A stretch of 64,000 nucleotides of DNA, taken from positions 1-64,000 of the forward strand of contig OZ237749.1 in the NCBI GenBank assembly GCA_965178125.1. The letters run 5' to 3'. Origin of the DNA: Bilabrum cf. latius (Eukaryota). The notes under the pieces are model-generated. The model worked only from the letters and a program-made list of their open reading frames with translations. It had not been told where the DNA came from and did not search any database. The translations under genes were made by a program, and so were the position numbers. Each line of letters starts with the position of its first letter. Positions within the stretch are counted from its first letter, which is position 1. Shown in pieces: positions 37,888 to 50,034 of this stretch.

Positions 37888-38853
37888 TCAGGCCGAGGGC
37901 GCGGCCCCCTTGGCAGCCTGCCCCGCGTCCATCTTGAGCACCGTCCTGTACACCTCGGTCAGGGCCCCCCTCGCCTCCTGCTCCTGCCGGGTGAGGTGCT
38001 GCACGGCGCTGGCGGCGGCCTTGGCCCTCTTGTCCGCCTCAACCTGCTTGTCCTTCAGGAAGGACTCCAGCTTGGGCCTCTCCGCCCGCACGAACACCCG
38101 GCCCAGCTTGCGGTACAGGGGGGCCTCGGCGGGCAGCTCGCTCACGGCCTTGAGCTGCGAGTTGAAGGCCATGCCGCTGCGCTGCGCCTGCATCTGCCTC
38201 GACTTGGTTTGCTGCAGCTGCCGCTGCACGTGCCTGAAGCGGCCCTCGGTGTCGGCAAGGTGCCGCATGTCCTCCTGCGATAGCTTGGGCGCGTCAGAGC
38301 CCGCACCGCTGGAAGCGGAGCCCGATCGAGACGGCGCCTGCGGCTCGGCCGGGAGCTTGGAAGGGTCCAATTTCTTCAGGGCCACGCGGGCGCCTACGAC
38401 AGTGGGGTCCCTGTCCAAGACTGCTACGAAATCAGATACGGCCTCGGTAGTCTACCCGAGCTATTCGTACGCAGTTGCCCTGCGCAATATGCGGATAAGC
38501 TATATTACAAGATTCACTCGGTGCGAATCGTTGACAATTCTTGGCATGTGAGGTTGCATTCGATGCAAGCAATTCGAAGATTGAATGTCTCACCTTCGAA
38601 ACATGGCCTTGATGTTATCAGGAGCCAGCTACAAACAGGCGGTACAATCTTCCACAGCATCCGCAAAACGTTCCAGTTTAATGTTGACTTGGGCTCGGTT
38701 AGCCAGCACTGTCGCCCTATCTTTGCTTGAAATCTCTGGGTCCTGCAAGGCTTGGCCGTACTTTTCAGCCGCGGCAGCCAGGTCTCCGCTCTTGTACGCC
38801 TTATTACCAGCTTCCTTGCATGCCTACCACGATGCCGTCGTTGATGCGGACAT
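37888..38853 (-). CDS. TPR (3-repeat, co-chaperone type) + prefoldin beta-subunit fusion, 283 aa; intron 38480-38593
   Basis: Exon 1 reads KEAGNKAYKSGD..A.EKY..AL..LANRAQ..KLERF.DAVEDCT.CL(TAG)LAPDNIKAMFR and splices to RATAYE(TAG)LG. It continues into ELPAEAPLYRKLGRVFV flanked by coiled coils. The exons total 852 nt; TGA stop. Confidence 0.8.
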
Positions 38854-39696
38854 GGTTTACGAGTGCGGCGGCACGAGTCAGATTGCTGCCGCTCCACCAA
38901 AGCGCACGCTACACCAAAATGGAAATTCGAACTGCAACTTTGGTCCCCCAATAGCAAAGTAGCGGCATCGCACGCAGTTTGCAATGGAATACAGGATGAA
39001 ATTCGATAACAAAAATCATGTGGAGCAGACATTGTATAGTTCAAGCGGCGTTAGCGCATTTGTGAGCCTTGTGAGCAAGTTGCAGCTGGCGTGCAGGCGC
39101 CTGCAATCGTCAAGACATGGGGCAGGTGCGTCTGCATGTGACAGCATGGCATCACAACTGCACATTTGCTCGCAGGTATCCCAATGAGAGCCCCAGCACG
39201 CCTGAGTAATGCCTCGTTGCGCCGGGCCGCAATGCGCCCGCGATCTCGCACCTGGTAGAGCAGGCGATTCACAACAATAAAGCAGGTAGTATGACTTCCA
39301 GGCCATGCTGCCAGCAGTGCCTCTGGGATATGGAAAGTGCCACCATGATGACGGAGCCCCCCTCCACGAGATACAGCACCGAACCGCACAACCACATTTG
39401 GTTTGGATGGACTTATTTCCCCACTTTCCAAACCCAATGCTTGCTCCAACGCTCGAAAGGGAATCACACCGTTGCTCATGCTACCAGTGGTGCAGATGGT
39501 TCTTTGGCAACCTGGGTGCTTGTTTCCAGGCATTGTCGCAGCTCATGCTTGCGCCACTCCGAGCAGCTGCGCCGCTCGAAGCGGCATCCTTGGCTGACTT
39601 GCGCATAAGAATAATCAGGACACCACATCTAGTATATGCGCAGCCAGCCGCTCTGTGGGGAAGCAGCGTAGCAGTAGCTGGATCTGGGCGCAAGCC

Positions 39697-40110
39697 TCAG
39701 GATGCTGGAACAGCAACCATGCTAGATCCGATGCCACTCATTTGAGGATCTACGCCACTCGGAGTAGCCTAATCAGCGCCACTACTGTGTCCATAAGCTT
39801 GCTGCTAGGCTGCATCTGATGCAGACCCCGCGGTATCAGCTGCTGCCTCTGTTGTTGATTGCGGTACTGGAGCAGGGGCAGCAGCCTCGTCTGCTATTCC
39901 AGGCACCCGCGCTAGCTTTTCCTCAAGCAGTACAAGGCGTTTTTCTATCCCACCAATTCGTTGACCGACCTCGCGCAATTTACCCTCAGCAACTCTCGCA
40001 AACTAATTGAGAAATCTCGTGGTATCCACGACAAAGCTGTTGATCACAAGGAGGTGCTGTTTAGTAGGAACCGCCTCTGGCGGGGCACCACCAGGTCCGC
40101 TCTAAGCCAT
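39697..40110 (-). CDS. WASHC3: WASH complex subunit 3 (CCDC53)-like, 137 aa; absent from the ORF track
   Basis: Manual translation gives VINSFVVDTTRFLN(TAG)FARVAEGKLREVGQRIGGIEKRLVLLEEKLARVPG, matching the CCDC53 pattern N.F...T..FLN.F...E.KL.....RI..IE..L..L..KL..IPG. Four in-frame TAG; TGA stop. Confidence 0.8.
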
Positions 40111-40566
40111 AGAAACAGTTTTACGCCGAACAACAGCAGCGAATTGGAGTGCTCAAGCCACCGTGAATGTCGCCGAAATGTGATTTTATTGTGATTGTAG
40201 CGAATACCTTGATCAGATGCTCCGGCGGGCGGCGGCGCCGCTGAACTTCACAACCTTTCCCTCGAAATCTGGCAATATGAACGCTGAAACACGCGAGCAG
40301 AGGTTCAACACGCTTGATTTAGTGGATCAAAGACGCCCTCCCATGTATGTCGCTCAACACAAGCGTAGGGCGGAGGATGTCTTGACGTTGGAACTTGAGG
40401 CAGAGGCAGCTGCTTCAGAAAATGATTCCAGGTCCACCGATATGGCCAGCACGAGTAGACGTTAGAAATTTTAGAAACAGCTTAACATTACACGAGGGAT
40501 TAGGTGCCTGCACTGTCCTGGACATTCACACAATCTGATCGAAACTTTTGTCATGCTCGCTCGCAG

Positions 40567-42609
40567 ACGCAGACACATCCAGCTCACAAGACCCTACAAG
40601 CGCGTTATCATCAGGGGGCGACAGCTCAGCTGGTTAGTGTAGTGGTAGTGACGATGGATCATCCGCTCCGGTTGGTTCCAAACGGCCGCGGCGTCTTCGA
40701 GCCGCTACGAAGAAATCAGAATCAGCCGCTTCTGCCGACGGTGCAGGGGAGCAGGAAGCTGAGGATGAGCAGGAAGACAGTGCATCGCATGACTCCGGTT
40801 CTTAGAAAAAACGGCGTCGAACCTCAACTCAAAGCAAGCCGCGAAGACAGTGGAACAGAGAAAACGCTCGCCGGTCAAGGTGAGCACCGTTCGATCTCCA
40901 GGCCGTCTCTAACTCGCGAGGAAGCGTGTGCATAAGGGAACCTCCGTGGACTGCTTGTTTTGTGCACTCCCTGGGAGGTCTCTCTGGCCTTTTGATGCTT
41001 GCTGGCCATCCAGGATTAGATATCTGCCCGCACATAGTGACGAGACCCAACACTCTCACACTCAAATCAGCGCAGAATGAGAAAGAGGCTCATGGTGGAG
41101 AGCATGGCCGTACGAATGGAAGAATTGAGGGAGCAGGTTATGGGCATGCGCGCCATGATTGGCCGCGCTGGCCTGGAAGAAGACTGGCAGGCATGGGCGA
41201 AGTAGAACGCACCCAAGTACGTCCAGCCTTCCAGCGCCTCACTGCAGGGGCTCAGCTCGATTCAGATGCCGGGTGAAGAGCCAGGCAAGCTGGAGTAGCT
41301 CGCGGTCGTGGAGCTGGCGCGCAAGGCCGTCAAGCAAGCCAGGGAGGAGGGTACGGTGCAGGGCACTGCAGCGCTACCACCCAATCCAGCGTCCACCTCG
41401 TCCTCATCGTCGTCCCGACTTCCTTCGTCTTCGTCCTTACCTTTGAGCTCCTCATCCAGCTCATCGGCGCCGGCCCCCCAGTTACCGGTGCTGCCGTCCT
41501 CCGTGGATGGCATGGTCATGGTGGACGGCTCGATGGTTCCGCAGAGCCTCATGGCGCCGCGGGACCTGTCCTCCGCCACTCAGCTGCATGACACGGACTA
41601 CGCCCTGATCGACAGCATCAACACCTCCCGGCGGCACTTTTTGATCACGGACCCGCTGGCCCCGGACAACCCCATCGTGTTCGCCTCCTCGGGGTTCTTC
41701 GCCCTCACCGGGTACCCGCCGCAGGAGGTGCTGGGCCGCAACTGCCGCATGCTGCAGGGGCCGGAGACAGACCCGGCCGCGGTGGATGAGATCCGGATGG
41801 CGGTACGACAAGGCGCCGACGCGCACGTGGTGCTGCTGAACTACCGCAGGGACGGCACCCCTTTCTGGAACGACCTCTTCGTGGCCCCGCTGCGGGACCC
41901 CCAGGGGAGGGTGGTGCACTTCGTCGGGGTCCAGTGCGAGGTGACCCCCTCCAGGGCGCAGGCCCTGCTGGAGCTCAAGCGGCAGTCCCAGGCCAACGAC
42001 ATGGCGGCCATGCACGCCCGCATGGTCCTGCAGAGGGTGGCCGGGGGCATGGCCACCAGCGGTCCCGTGCCCACTGGTCATGGCGCAGGCAGCGGGGGCC
42101 CGGCGGCGGGGTCGCAGGCCGGGCCCTCGTCTGGCCGAGGCAAGGCCACGGCGCCGCACGAACCTGCCGTATCTCTCCGCGGCACAGGGTCGCCAGACCC
42201 GGCGCGCTCGAGGAATGGGAGCATGAGCAAGGGCTTCCCCGGGGCGAGCCACGCGCACCGGCAGATGGATCACGAGACCGACAGCCGAGCCTCGAGTCAG
42301 CACTCGGGGTCGCAGGCCCCCGCTGCCGCATCCACATGGTCTACTGTAGGTGGGGTGGGAGCCCCCGGCGGGAGCAAGCTGCCCGCAGGCGCGCCCATGC
42401 GCATGCCCATGTCTGTGGCGGGGCACGGAGGACTGCCGCAGCCGGGTGCGGGTGCGGGTGCGGGGGCAGTGCAGACCCAGGGCGAAGGCATCGAGGCCAA
42501 GGAGGGGAGGCTGGGGCCAGCACGGCCTTCGAACGTCTCCGATTTGGACGGGGAGGACATGTTTCGACATGCTGTAGCAGCGCAGCGCGCACGGGAGCAT
42601 CAAGGTTGA
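40567..42609 (+). CDS. Aureochrome-like bZIP-LOV blue-light transcription factor; intron 40880-41075; 5' end uncertain
   Basis: Basic region RRQWNRENARRS|RMRKRLMVESM..MEELREQV is assembled across a phase-2 intron. LOV domain FLITDP..PDNPIVFAS..GRNCRMLQGPETD..LLNYRRDGTPFWN..FVGVQ. In-frame TAG at 40635, 40803, 41203 and 41296; TGA stop. Confidence 0.87.
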
Positions 42610-43314
42610 CGGATACATGAGGTTATTTTGCAGCCAATAGATCTGTGACATTCTAGTATTCAGTGACAGCTTTCATGAATTCCTGACCACGATGATCACA
42701 GAGTCCCCCCGCAAAAACATCTTGTTGACCACTCTAGACTGAGCCGTTGGCTTGCCGCCAGCAGTCCTTGGCGGCTCGGTCCAGATTTCGCTGACATCCT
42801 CGAGAACCCTGCGAAAAGGAAACGGCGGCAAGGCACGCGCTGAGATCTATGGCTCACGCGTAGCATCATATTAGAAAACTAGATATGCAATCGTATCTCA
42901 CATGTTGCAATGCCTATCAAAAGCTTTTACGGAAGCCATCAACTTGTGGTTGTTGCGAAGTCCGATCAAAACCTTCTCTCCACTCTTTGCTGCCTTAAGC
43001 AGCACAGAGAGCGGACCCTATGCAAATTCTACCTTTCGCTCTTCCGCTACGGCAGCCGTTCGCTTGGCTTCAGCGCTGCGATAGCGGCATAGCTAAAATG
43101 CAGTACGGAAGCAGTTGGCTGCGTGTACCGATGCAAGACCGCGCGGGGATTCTGGGACGCTTACCTTGCTGCAGCAGATGCTTGCGACATAGGAGAACTA
43201 CAGTAGACCGATGGCTTTTCTGTAGAGGCTTTTGTTGAGAGCAAGGTGCTCGCCGAATTCGCGGTTGTAACCAAAATTGCCAAATTCCAGAAGTACTCCA
43301 AGCAGTTCCTCTAA

Positions 43315-45006
43315 ATGCCCTCCAATCCTGCATTGCTTGGCTTGGCATGCATAATAATATGCGCGGCCACGGGGGAAGGCTCCTGCTCAGCAGCAGCCGT
43401 GACAGCCCAAGTCTGGCCAATGCCATCAGGACCGTGCCAAGCTGGCGATGCTGCCGTTACGATCAACCCGAAGGCCTTCAAGTTTGATCTCAAAGGGAAA
43501 GCCAGCACAAGCACAGCCCTAGGCTCCGCTGTCCAGCGAGCAGTGGCACGAATGGCGCTGTGTGCCAGCCAACAGCAGGCACAGCTCGGCCTGCAGCAGC
43601 TCGCGAGTGCGACGGTCGAAGTGGACGCTATAGTGCCGCTGTCGGTAGATTCCGATGAATCATATAATATTTCAGCGTCTGTTAGCTGTGACGGTGCCCC
43701 GTGCGCTAGGATTGCCGCCCGGACGCAGTGGGGAGCCGTGCGGGGCCTGGCCACGTTTGCGCAGATAGCTGACGGCTGCACGTGGACCAGGCCCCCTCCT
43801 GGCGGGCCTCCCGGAGTGGGACCCCGGGCGGACAACCCCGTGGGTCTGGAAGGGCTCCCTCTGTCCATCGCAGATAGACCCCGGTTCGCCCACCGCGGGC
43901 TCATGCTCGACACATCGAGGCACTTCCTGCCCCCCGCTGTGCTCCGCCGGCAGATCGACGCGATGGCAGAGGTCAAGCTGAATGTGCTGCACCTGCACAT
44001 CAGCGACGCGCAGTCGGTCCCGCTGCAGGTCCCCGGCCTCCCCGCGATCCAGGCCAGGGCAGCGTACCACCCTTCCGCCTCTTACTCGGCCTAGGACCTG
44101 CAGGCGCTGGCCCAGTACGCCCTGGACAGGGGGGTGCTGCTGCTCCCCGAGATCGACCTGCCCGGGCATGCCTTCGCCTTCGAGGCGGCATACCCTAACT
44201 TGACGGCCAACTGCCCCTCCCTCAGCCACAACATCAACAACGTGCCACTCAGCCCAGCTGCCACCGCCTTTCTGCAGAAGGTCCTCAACGGGACCATCGG
44301 GGTCGCAATGGCGGCGGCGCCGGACACCCGCAGCGGGGACGGTCCATCGGCGGGTTGGATGCACCTGGGCGGAGACGAGGTGGTATCATCTTGCTGGAAA
44401 GATGACCCCGAGGTGGGGGCGTGGATGCAGCGGCAGGGGTGGGCACCCTCAGACACGGGCAAGCTGTACCAGTGGTTTTTGGAGCGGGGCTGGGAGGCGG
44501 CGGGGCGGGGTCGCACCGCGGTACACTGGCAGGACGCTTTCGACGCGGGTGCGGAGCTGCCCGCCGATGCGGTGGTGCAGGTGTGGAGGGGCACGGGGGC
44601 GCAGCAGGAGCTGGCCAGGGTGCTGGGGGCGGGGCACCGCGCCCTCCTGTCGAACAGTGACAAGTGGTACCTCAACTGCGGGGCCAACCCCTCGTGCACG
44701 TACAGCTCCTGGCAGCAGGTGTACGAGAACGAACCATTCCCGCAGGGCTCCCCTGTTCCCTCGGGTAGCAGGCATCTTCTGCAGGGGGGCGAAGCCGTGA
44801 TGTTCGGGGAGTTCGCCTCTGCTGCCGATGTGGAGCAGCAGGTGTGGCCCCGGGCCGCCGCAGCGGCAGAGAGGCTGTGGAGCCCCACGGAGGTGGCCTC
44901 GGCGGTGGATGCCGCGGGGCGCATGGCCTGGGTTGCCTGCAGACTGGTGACGCTTGGGTTCAGGGCGGGGCCGGTGGGGCCAGGCTTCTGCTCCAGCGAC
45001 CTGTGA
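43315..45006 (+). CDS. Beta-N-acetylhexosaminidase (GH20), 563 aa, 1 in-frame TAG
   Basis: Signal peptide, then DRPRFAHRGLMLDTSRHF, KLNVLHLHISD, YSA(TAG)DL..RGV..LPEIDLPGH, HLGGDEV and WPRAAAAAERLWS. TGA stop. Confidence 0.93.
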
Positions 45007-46144
45007 GCGGTGTGTAGGCGGGACACGGTGCTTGTCGCTGGAGGCTTCCCGCTGCGTGGTCGCCACATCAAACGTTGCGGCTTGCTAGCAGGCGATGCAA
45101 ACAGCAAAGGCATGGGAGGGACTTTCTTGCTGCCCGGGCACGATCCACCGCGATGCTGTGGATGTTACGGATGATTGGTTCGGGTTGCCGTATTTGCGAA
45201 CCGTAATTGTTCCGCAATGAATGCGCGGCGCCGTTCGGTCCATCACATGGCAGCATTGCAGCCCCTGCGTCCGACAAAAGCACCAACATGGACATTGATA
45301 AGGTTTAGGCTGAAGTTCAGAAACGGTTTGATGACGGCGTTGCTTTCTTGAAGTCTGTTCCGGCAGAGCTCCGAACGAACAAGCTTTGGCAGCTGACTGC
45401 AGATGATTTTGCGAAAAACGTTTCGATCGGAACGGTTGCTGGCATCGCCCTGTCTTTAATATTTTTTAGTGAGACGGTCATGTTGCCATTGAAAGCCGCC
45501 ATGCGCACCCTGAGATACCTTTGTTGACAGCTTGGTTCTCAGTATCCACCGCAGGGCGAGGCCGAGGATTGCGGGGTCTAACTGTTGGACTTGGGATGGG
45601 TGCAGGAATGGGTGTCACATATGAGCGGGCAAATCAGCGATTTATGGCGCTGCAAGCCATGCAGAAGTAGACAAACAGGGTGAAGCCATCAGAATCGGAC
45701 GGGCAGGATGCCGGCAAGCGCCAGTGAAGATGGGCGAGCCCGTGCTGTCCCGGATACGTGCTGCGGTATCATGATACCGAGTGTGTCCCCCTTGGTCTGG
45801 TCGAGGGGCAGCAGCACAATATGCTAGAAGCTGTGAACAGGTTGAAAGTGGGGCCTGCGAAGCTAAATTGGACGGGGCAAAGGGCGCGTTCGTGCATTCG
45901 CTCGTGAATTATACCACAAAGGTACGTATCTCTAGTAGACCCACTGGGCAGAGGCTCCCCACACGAACCTGACGTGCCTGGTTGGTGGGGGCATTCGGAA
46001 TCTCCACCTGCACACTAGACAATTGGCAACACAAAACACACACATTTGGTCTGCACAACTGCCCGCCTGGTCAGACCAAGCTTCGTTCAGGACTATAACG
46101 TCTGTTGGTAGCCCCCGCAACATCACGATTGCTGTTGCCCTAGC

Positions 46145-47977
46145 ATGCCAGGACGCAAGCGTAGCCATTCTGAGATTCTCTCTGATGCTGAGAGCTCGGA
46201 CAGCGACGCGTCCGAGCACAGCGGTAGGGTGAAGCTCGATAGGAAACGAAAGGATTACAAGGATAGATTGGCGGCTTGGCTTCATTCCTCCGGGCCGGGC
46301 GCGGCGTCCAGCGGGGCTGCTGCTGATGATGCCGATTCTGAGGACGAGCCGATCGCTCACTTGCTCGTTCGTATCCGCTAGGCCAGGGGCAAGCGCGGCT
46401 CAAAGGCCACCCAAGAGAAATAGTTAGCTGGTGCCGTGCTCCCAAAATCGGCCAAGCCCTCAAAAGGCCTCCTTGATGACGTGAAGCCGGCGCGCCGTTC
46501 CGGGGTTGGACTGCCGCTGAACGACAGCGGGCTAGTTGACCACGATTGGAGAGAAGAAAAGTGGCTTCCGCCAGGCATTTTAATCAGTGGTCGCTGGACT
46601 GCGAGAGAGGATGCCCGCCTGAAGGCCCTGCTCGTGGAATACGCGCGGGAGGTGCACGGGCTCAGCCGCGAAGACCTCGTCGACCTCGTCACGGCCGGGG
46701 CCCAGCAGCACGATCTCAGGGGGTTTTGGATCGACTTTGCGTCCAGATTTAGGTGGAGAAGCGTCAAGAGCATCTTCCTGCGGGCCTACCGGCTATTTCT
46801 CCCCGGCAACTACGTGGGCAAGTGGGCCGTGCAGGACCTCGAGACGCTGCGCGACCTCGTGGACAGGTGGGGCAAGCAGTGGGCCCGCATCGCCAGATAC
46901 ATGGGCAGGCACCCCACGTCGTGCCAGGTCATCTGGACCGCTCGTTTCTCGCTCCCAGGCAGGTACACCCACGCCTGGGCGAGGGGCGAGCTGAGGCGAC
47001 TGGCCAGCGCCGTGATGAGCCTCCGCGAGGGATCGTACGTGCCCTGGGGCCTGGTCAGCCAGCGGGTCAAGACCCGCACGCCCGCGCAGTGCTCGAGCAA
47101 GTGGAACGGGTCCTTTGGGCCCAGGTCAGACGGGGTCCCCTGGGGTCCCCGCCGGGACGCCGCCATGGTGGCCTGCGTGTCGGCGGACGGGGCCGAGTCG
47201 GTGGAGGACGTGGACTGGGAGGAGGTGGGACAGGAGCTGGGGGGCCTGCTCCCGGCGCAGGTGCGCGCGCGGTTCTCCACCCTGAGCAAAGGGGTTCCCG
47301 GGCATCGTGTGATGGGGCTGAGCCGGCTATGCGCCGAGCTGGACCGCAGGAAGGCAGCCGCGGACAAGCGGCGGAGCAAGCTGGCAGCTGCCGGCATCAC
47401 GGTGGATGCGCTGGAAGGGGCTAAGAAAGGGGCGGGGCAGGGAGACGAGCCAGAGAAGGAGTAGGCAGGCGGGGGTACAGGTGAACATGAGGCAGCTGAC
47501 GGGAAAGGAAGTGCGGGTTCTGGGGCAGGCTCAGGTGCTGGTGCAGGTGCGGGTACCGGGGCTGGTTCTGATGTTGGGGCTGCTGCTGCAGCTAGCGCAG
47601 ATACGTAGGACCTGGCCGAATTTGAGGGCCTGTACGACCGACTCCTAGCAGATATCCGCGAAGAGGAGCAGAAGGACGGCGACGTGATGGACGCGCTAGC
47701 AGACCCGCAAGACGAGCAAGAGGACGAGGATGAGGACGAGGGGGAGGACGAGGGGGAGGTCGATGCCACGTCTTCCTCCTCTGCTGCGAGTGCAGCAGGT
47801 ACCGCAGCACGAAGCAGATCGCACAGCAAGAAACCCAAGAAGGGCAAAACATATAAGAGGGAAAAGAAATCCAAGAATGCTAAAAGAGCGACAGCCAAGA
47901 AAGGAGGCAAAGGGCGTGGCATGGCGGGGGACAAATCCACGAAGCCCCCCAAGGCCAAAAAGGCAAGGGTAGCTTGA
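46145..47977 (+). CDS. Myb/SANT-repeat protein, Reb1/TTF1/DMTF1-like (about 610 aa)
   Basis: Motifs GRWTARED, GKWAVQDL..WGKQWARIA..MGR and PWGLVSQRVKTRTPAQC..KW, followed by an acidic then Lys-rich tail. The frame passes TAG at 46379, 46421, 47462 and 47606; TGA stop. Confidence 0.85.
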
Positions 47978-48479
47978 ACCTATCAGTTGGGTTGATTGCA
48001 CAAAAGTCTGAAGCAACCTGTACTTCTGGGGCGTATAAGCCTGATACTCACGACAAGCACCCCACCAGAAGCCTCCCACGCTCCAGCACCCAGACGACCA
48101 AGACTGGCCTAAACCCTCGCAATACCAAAAATCAAGTGGCAAAGAAGCTTGCGTTGGACTGGTCGGGAGGGCAGCCACTCAACCTTCCCCCGGGTTTAAC
48201 AGCAGCACCTAGTTGCCACCGACCAGCCCACGCAAAGCAGCACGACGCCCGAAACCGATCATGGCAAGCCAACTGCCTAACCGTTTCCGTCGTGCTTGAG
48301 TCCAGTCCAAACCGGGTATGATCTGGAGCCAGAAGCACCCCAGTACCAATTTCGCTTTGCCGCTCGCATCCGGCCAAGCAATCCCTTCAGGCAACCATTC
48401 CAACCTAAGGCCCTCTCAACACTTCCAACTACAACCAACAACGCTTTTTCATCTGTACATGCCAATGTGCGCGCAAAAT

Positions 48480-49106
48480 TCAGCTGCTGGCCCCACCGGA
48501 CTGCAGCAGAAGCTGAATCGTCAACATGAGGTCCAAATCCCCCTTGTGGCGGACGATGTCGTCGAAGCACGAGTACACCAGGTCCACCTGGCGCTTCAGC
48601 TGCTCCAGCGAAGGTCGGTCAACAAACTTAACGCTTTTTGTCAACGTGCGCGACATGGTGCGAGTGCATTCCCTCAATGCAGCACGCTCGTGCACGCTAT
48701 CACCAAACGACAGGACATTCTTCTGCAAGGAGCAGCTATCCGAGCTGGACCCACTGTATCGGGTATCAATCTCGTGTCTAAATGCCCTAACTTTCCAGTG
48801 AGTCGGCCGAGGGTCGTGCTTTTCATAGGTTGATCTCGCGGACAGCACTCGGACATCCTTGAGCGCCTCCAGCACCTACGGCATGAAGCGCTTTGCGCTC
48901 AGCTCAACCCATCCGTCTTCAGCGTTCGTGATAATAATAACCGAGCCGAACGACTGTGCCCGACGAAGTAGCCGGACGACAGAATCTGCGTGCTTTGCCA
49001 GCTGCGCCTTGAGCTCGGGTGACGGTAGAGGTCCATCAAGTCGCAGACCTTTTTGCGCCAGCCACGAGCTGCACAATAGTGTGTCGTCCCAGTCAAAGAT
49101 GATTGC
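48480..49106 (-). CDS. HAD-superfamily protein (protist DWDDT type), last exon; upstream exon(s) not resolved
   Basis: Motifs IIFDWDDTLLCSSWL, IITNAEDGWV, FMP(TAG)VL..VLSARS, WKVRAF, NVLSFGDS.HER and KSVKF. TGA stop. Confidence 0.8.
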
Positions 49107-50034
49107 TGCGCATATAAGTAGTGGACGCCCTCACGGAGTGCTACATACTCATGCAACGGGCTTTGAGACCAGTGCGTGCGAGAAAACCGACCTGAACAGA
49201 TAGTTCGTTGCTCGGAATCATGGAATCAAACCAGCCCAAGCACCACACAGTTCAAGCATTGGACATGAATTAATTCAACATGAGGGCGCATACGACGTGT
49301 CACAGCTAAGCAGATGCAGCATGAGAGCGTTTCCTCAAACCGGCAGTCGATGTATTCTGCCAAGAACGGCGCGTGCTGGAAGCCAAGCAATCGCCTTCTC
49401 ACCGGTGTCAGCGTCGTCATACTTTGGTTCAGGCTCTGGAGTAGAGACTGGGCTGGTCCCCGACCGCCCAACGCCCTCCTACATCGCAGAGCAAGCCGCC
49501 ATGATGTCGAAAGTAGAAATAGAGAGTTGCGAGTTGACCAAAACTCGACAATGAAGTAGCCTAGGAAGAACTCAGCAGTTCATTCAGGATGAGGAGAGGA
49601 TGAGGAAGAATTTGAAGGGGAAGGGAGGAAGCTTGGGAGGAGCAGTGGCTGGGGAGGCCACGGGAAAGGCTGAGCCACTCATCGCTTCGTTGGAAGATCT
49701 GGTTTACGGCATTTATAACGTAATATTAAATGCCAAGCTGGCTGTCGGAAAAGACAGTTCAAAATCGTGCAAGTTATTCTCTACTAGCCAATCTACTTTT
49801 TTGAATGTATAAATCATTGCGATGTGTCGGGAATCCATATGAACCGATGCACACGCTTGCTCATGAGCAAAAGTAGTCGCCGATCGAATGACGACGCACG
49901 CAACAATGTCTGGTTTGTGGACGAGGATCAGCCACACGTCGAAATCGTGATGTCCCCGTGCTTGTTAGGCATGACTAGACAAAAAAGGATCGATGACCAC
50001 AAATATTTATTGCTATATAAGTATCATCGTCAAC

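Noticed and set aside
39051-39533. 160-aa minus-strand ORF between the TPR-prefoldin and WASHC3-like genes
   Set aside because: It has no recognisable motif and competing frames of similar length, so I cannot support it as a gene.
42610-46140. Suppressor tRNA-Gln(CUA) or other RNA genes in the larger intergenic gaps
   Set aside because: No convincing cloverleaf or T-loop was found by eye. A tRNAscan-SE or Infernal run is needed to exclude one.
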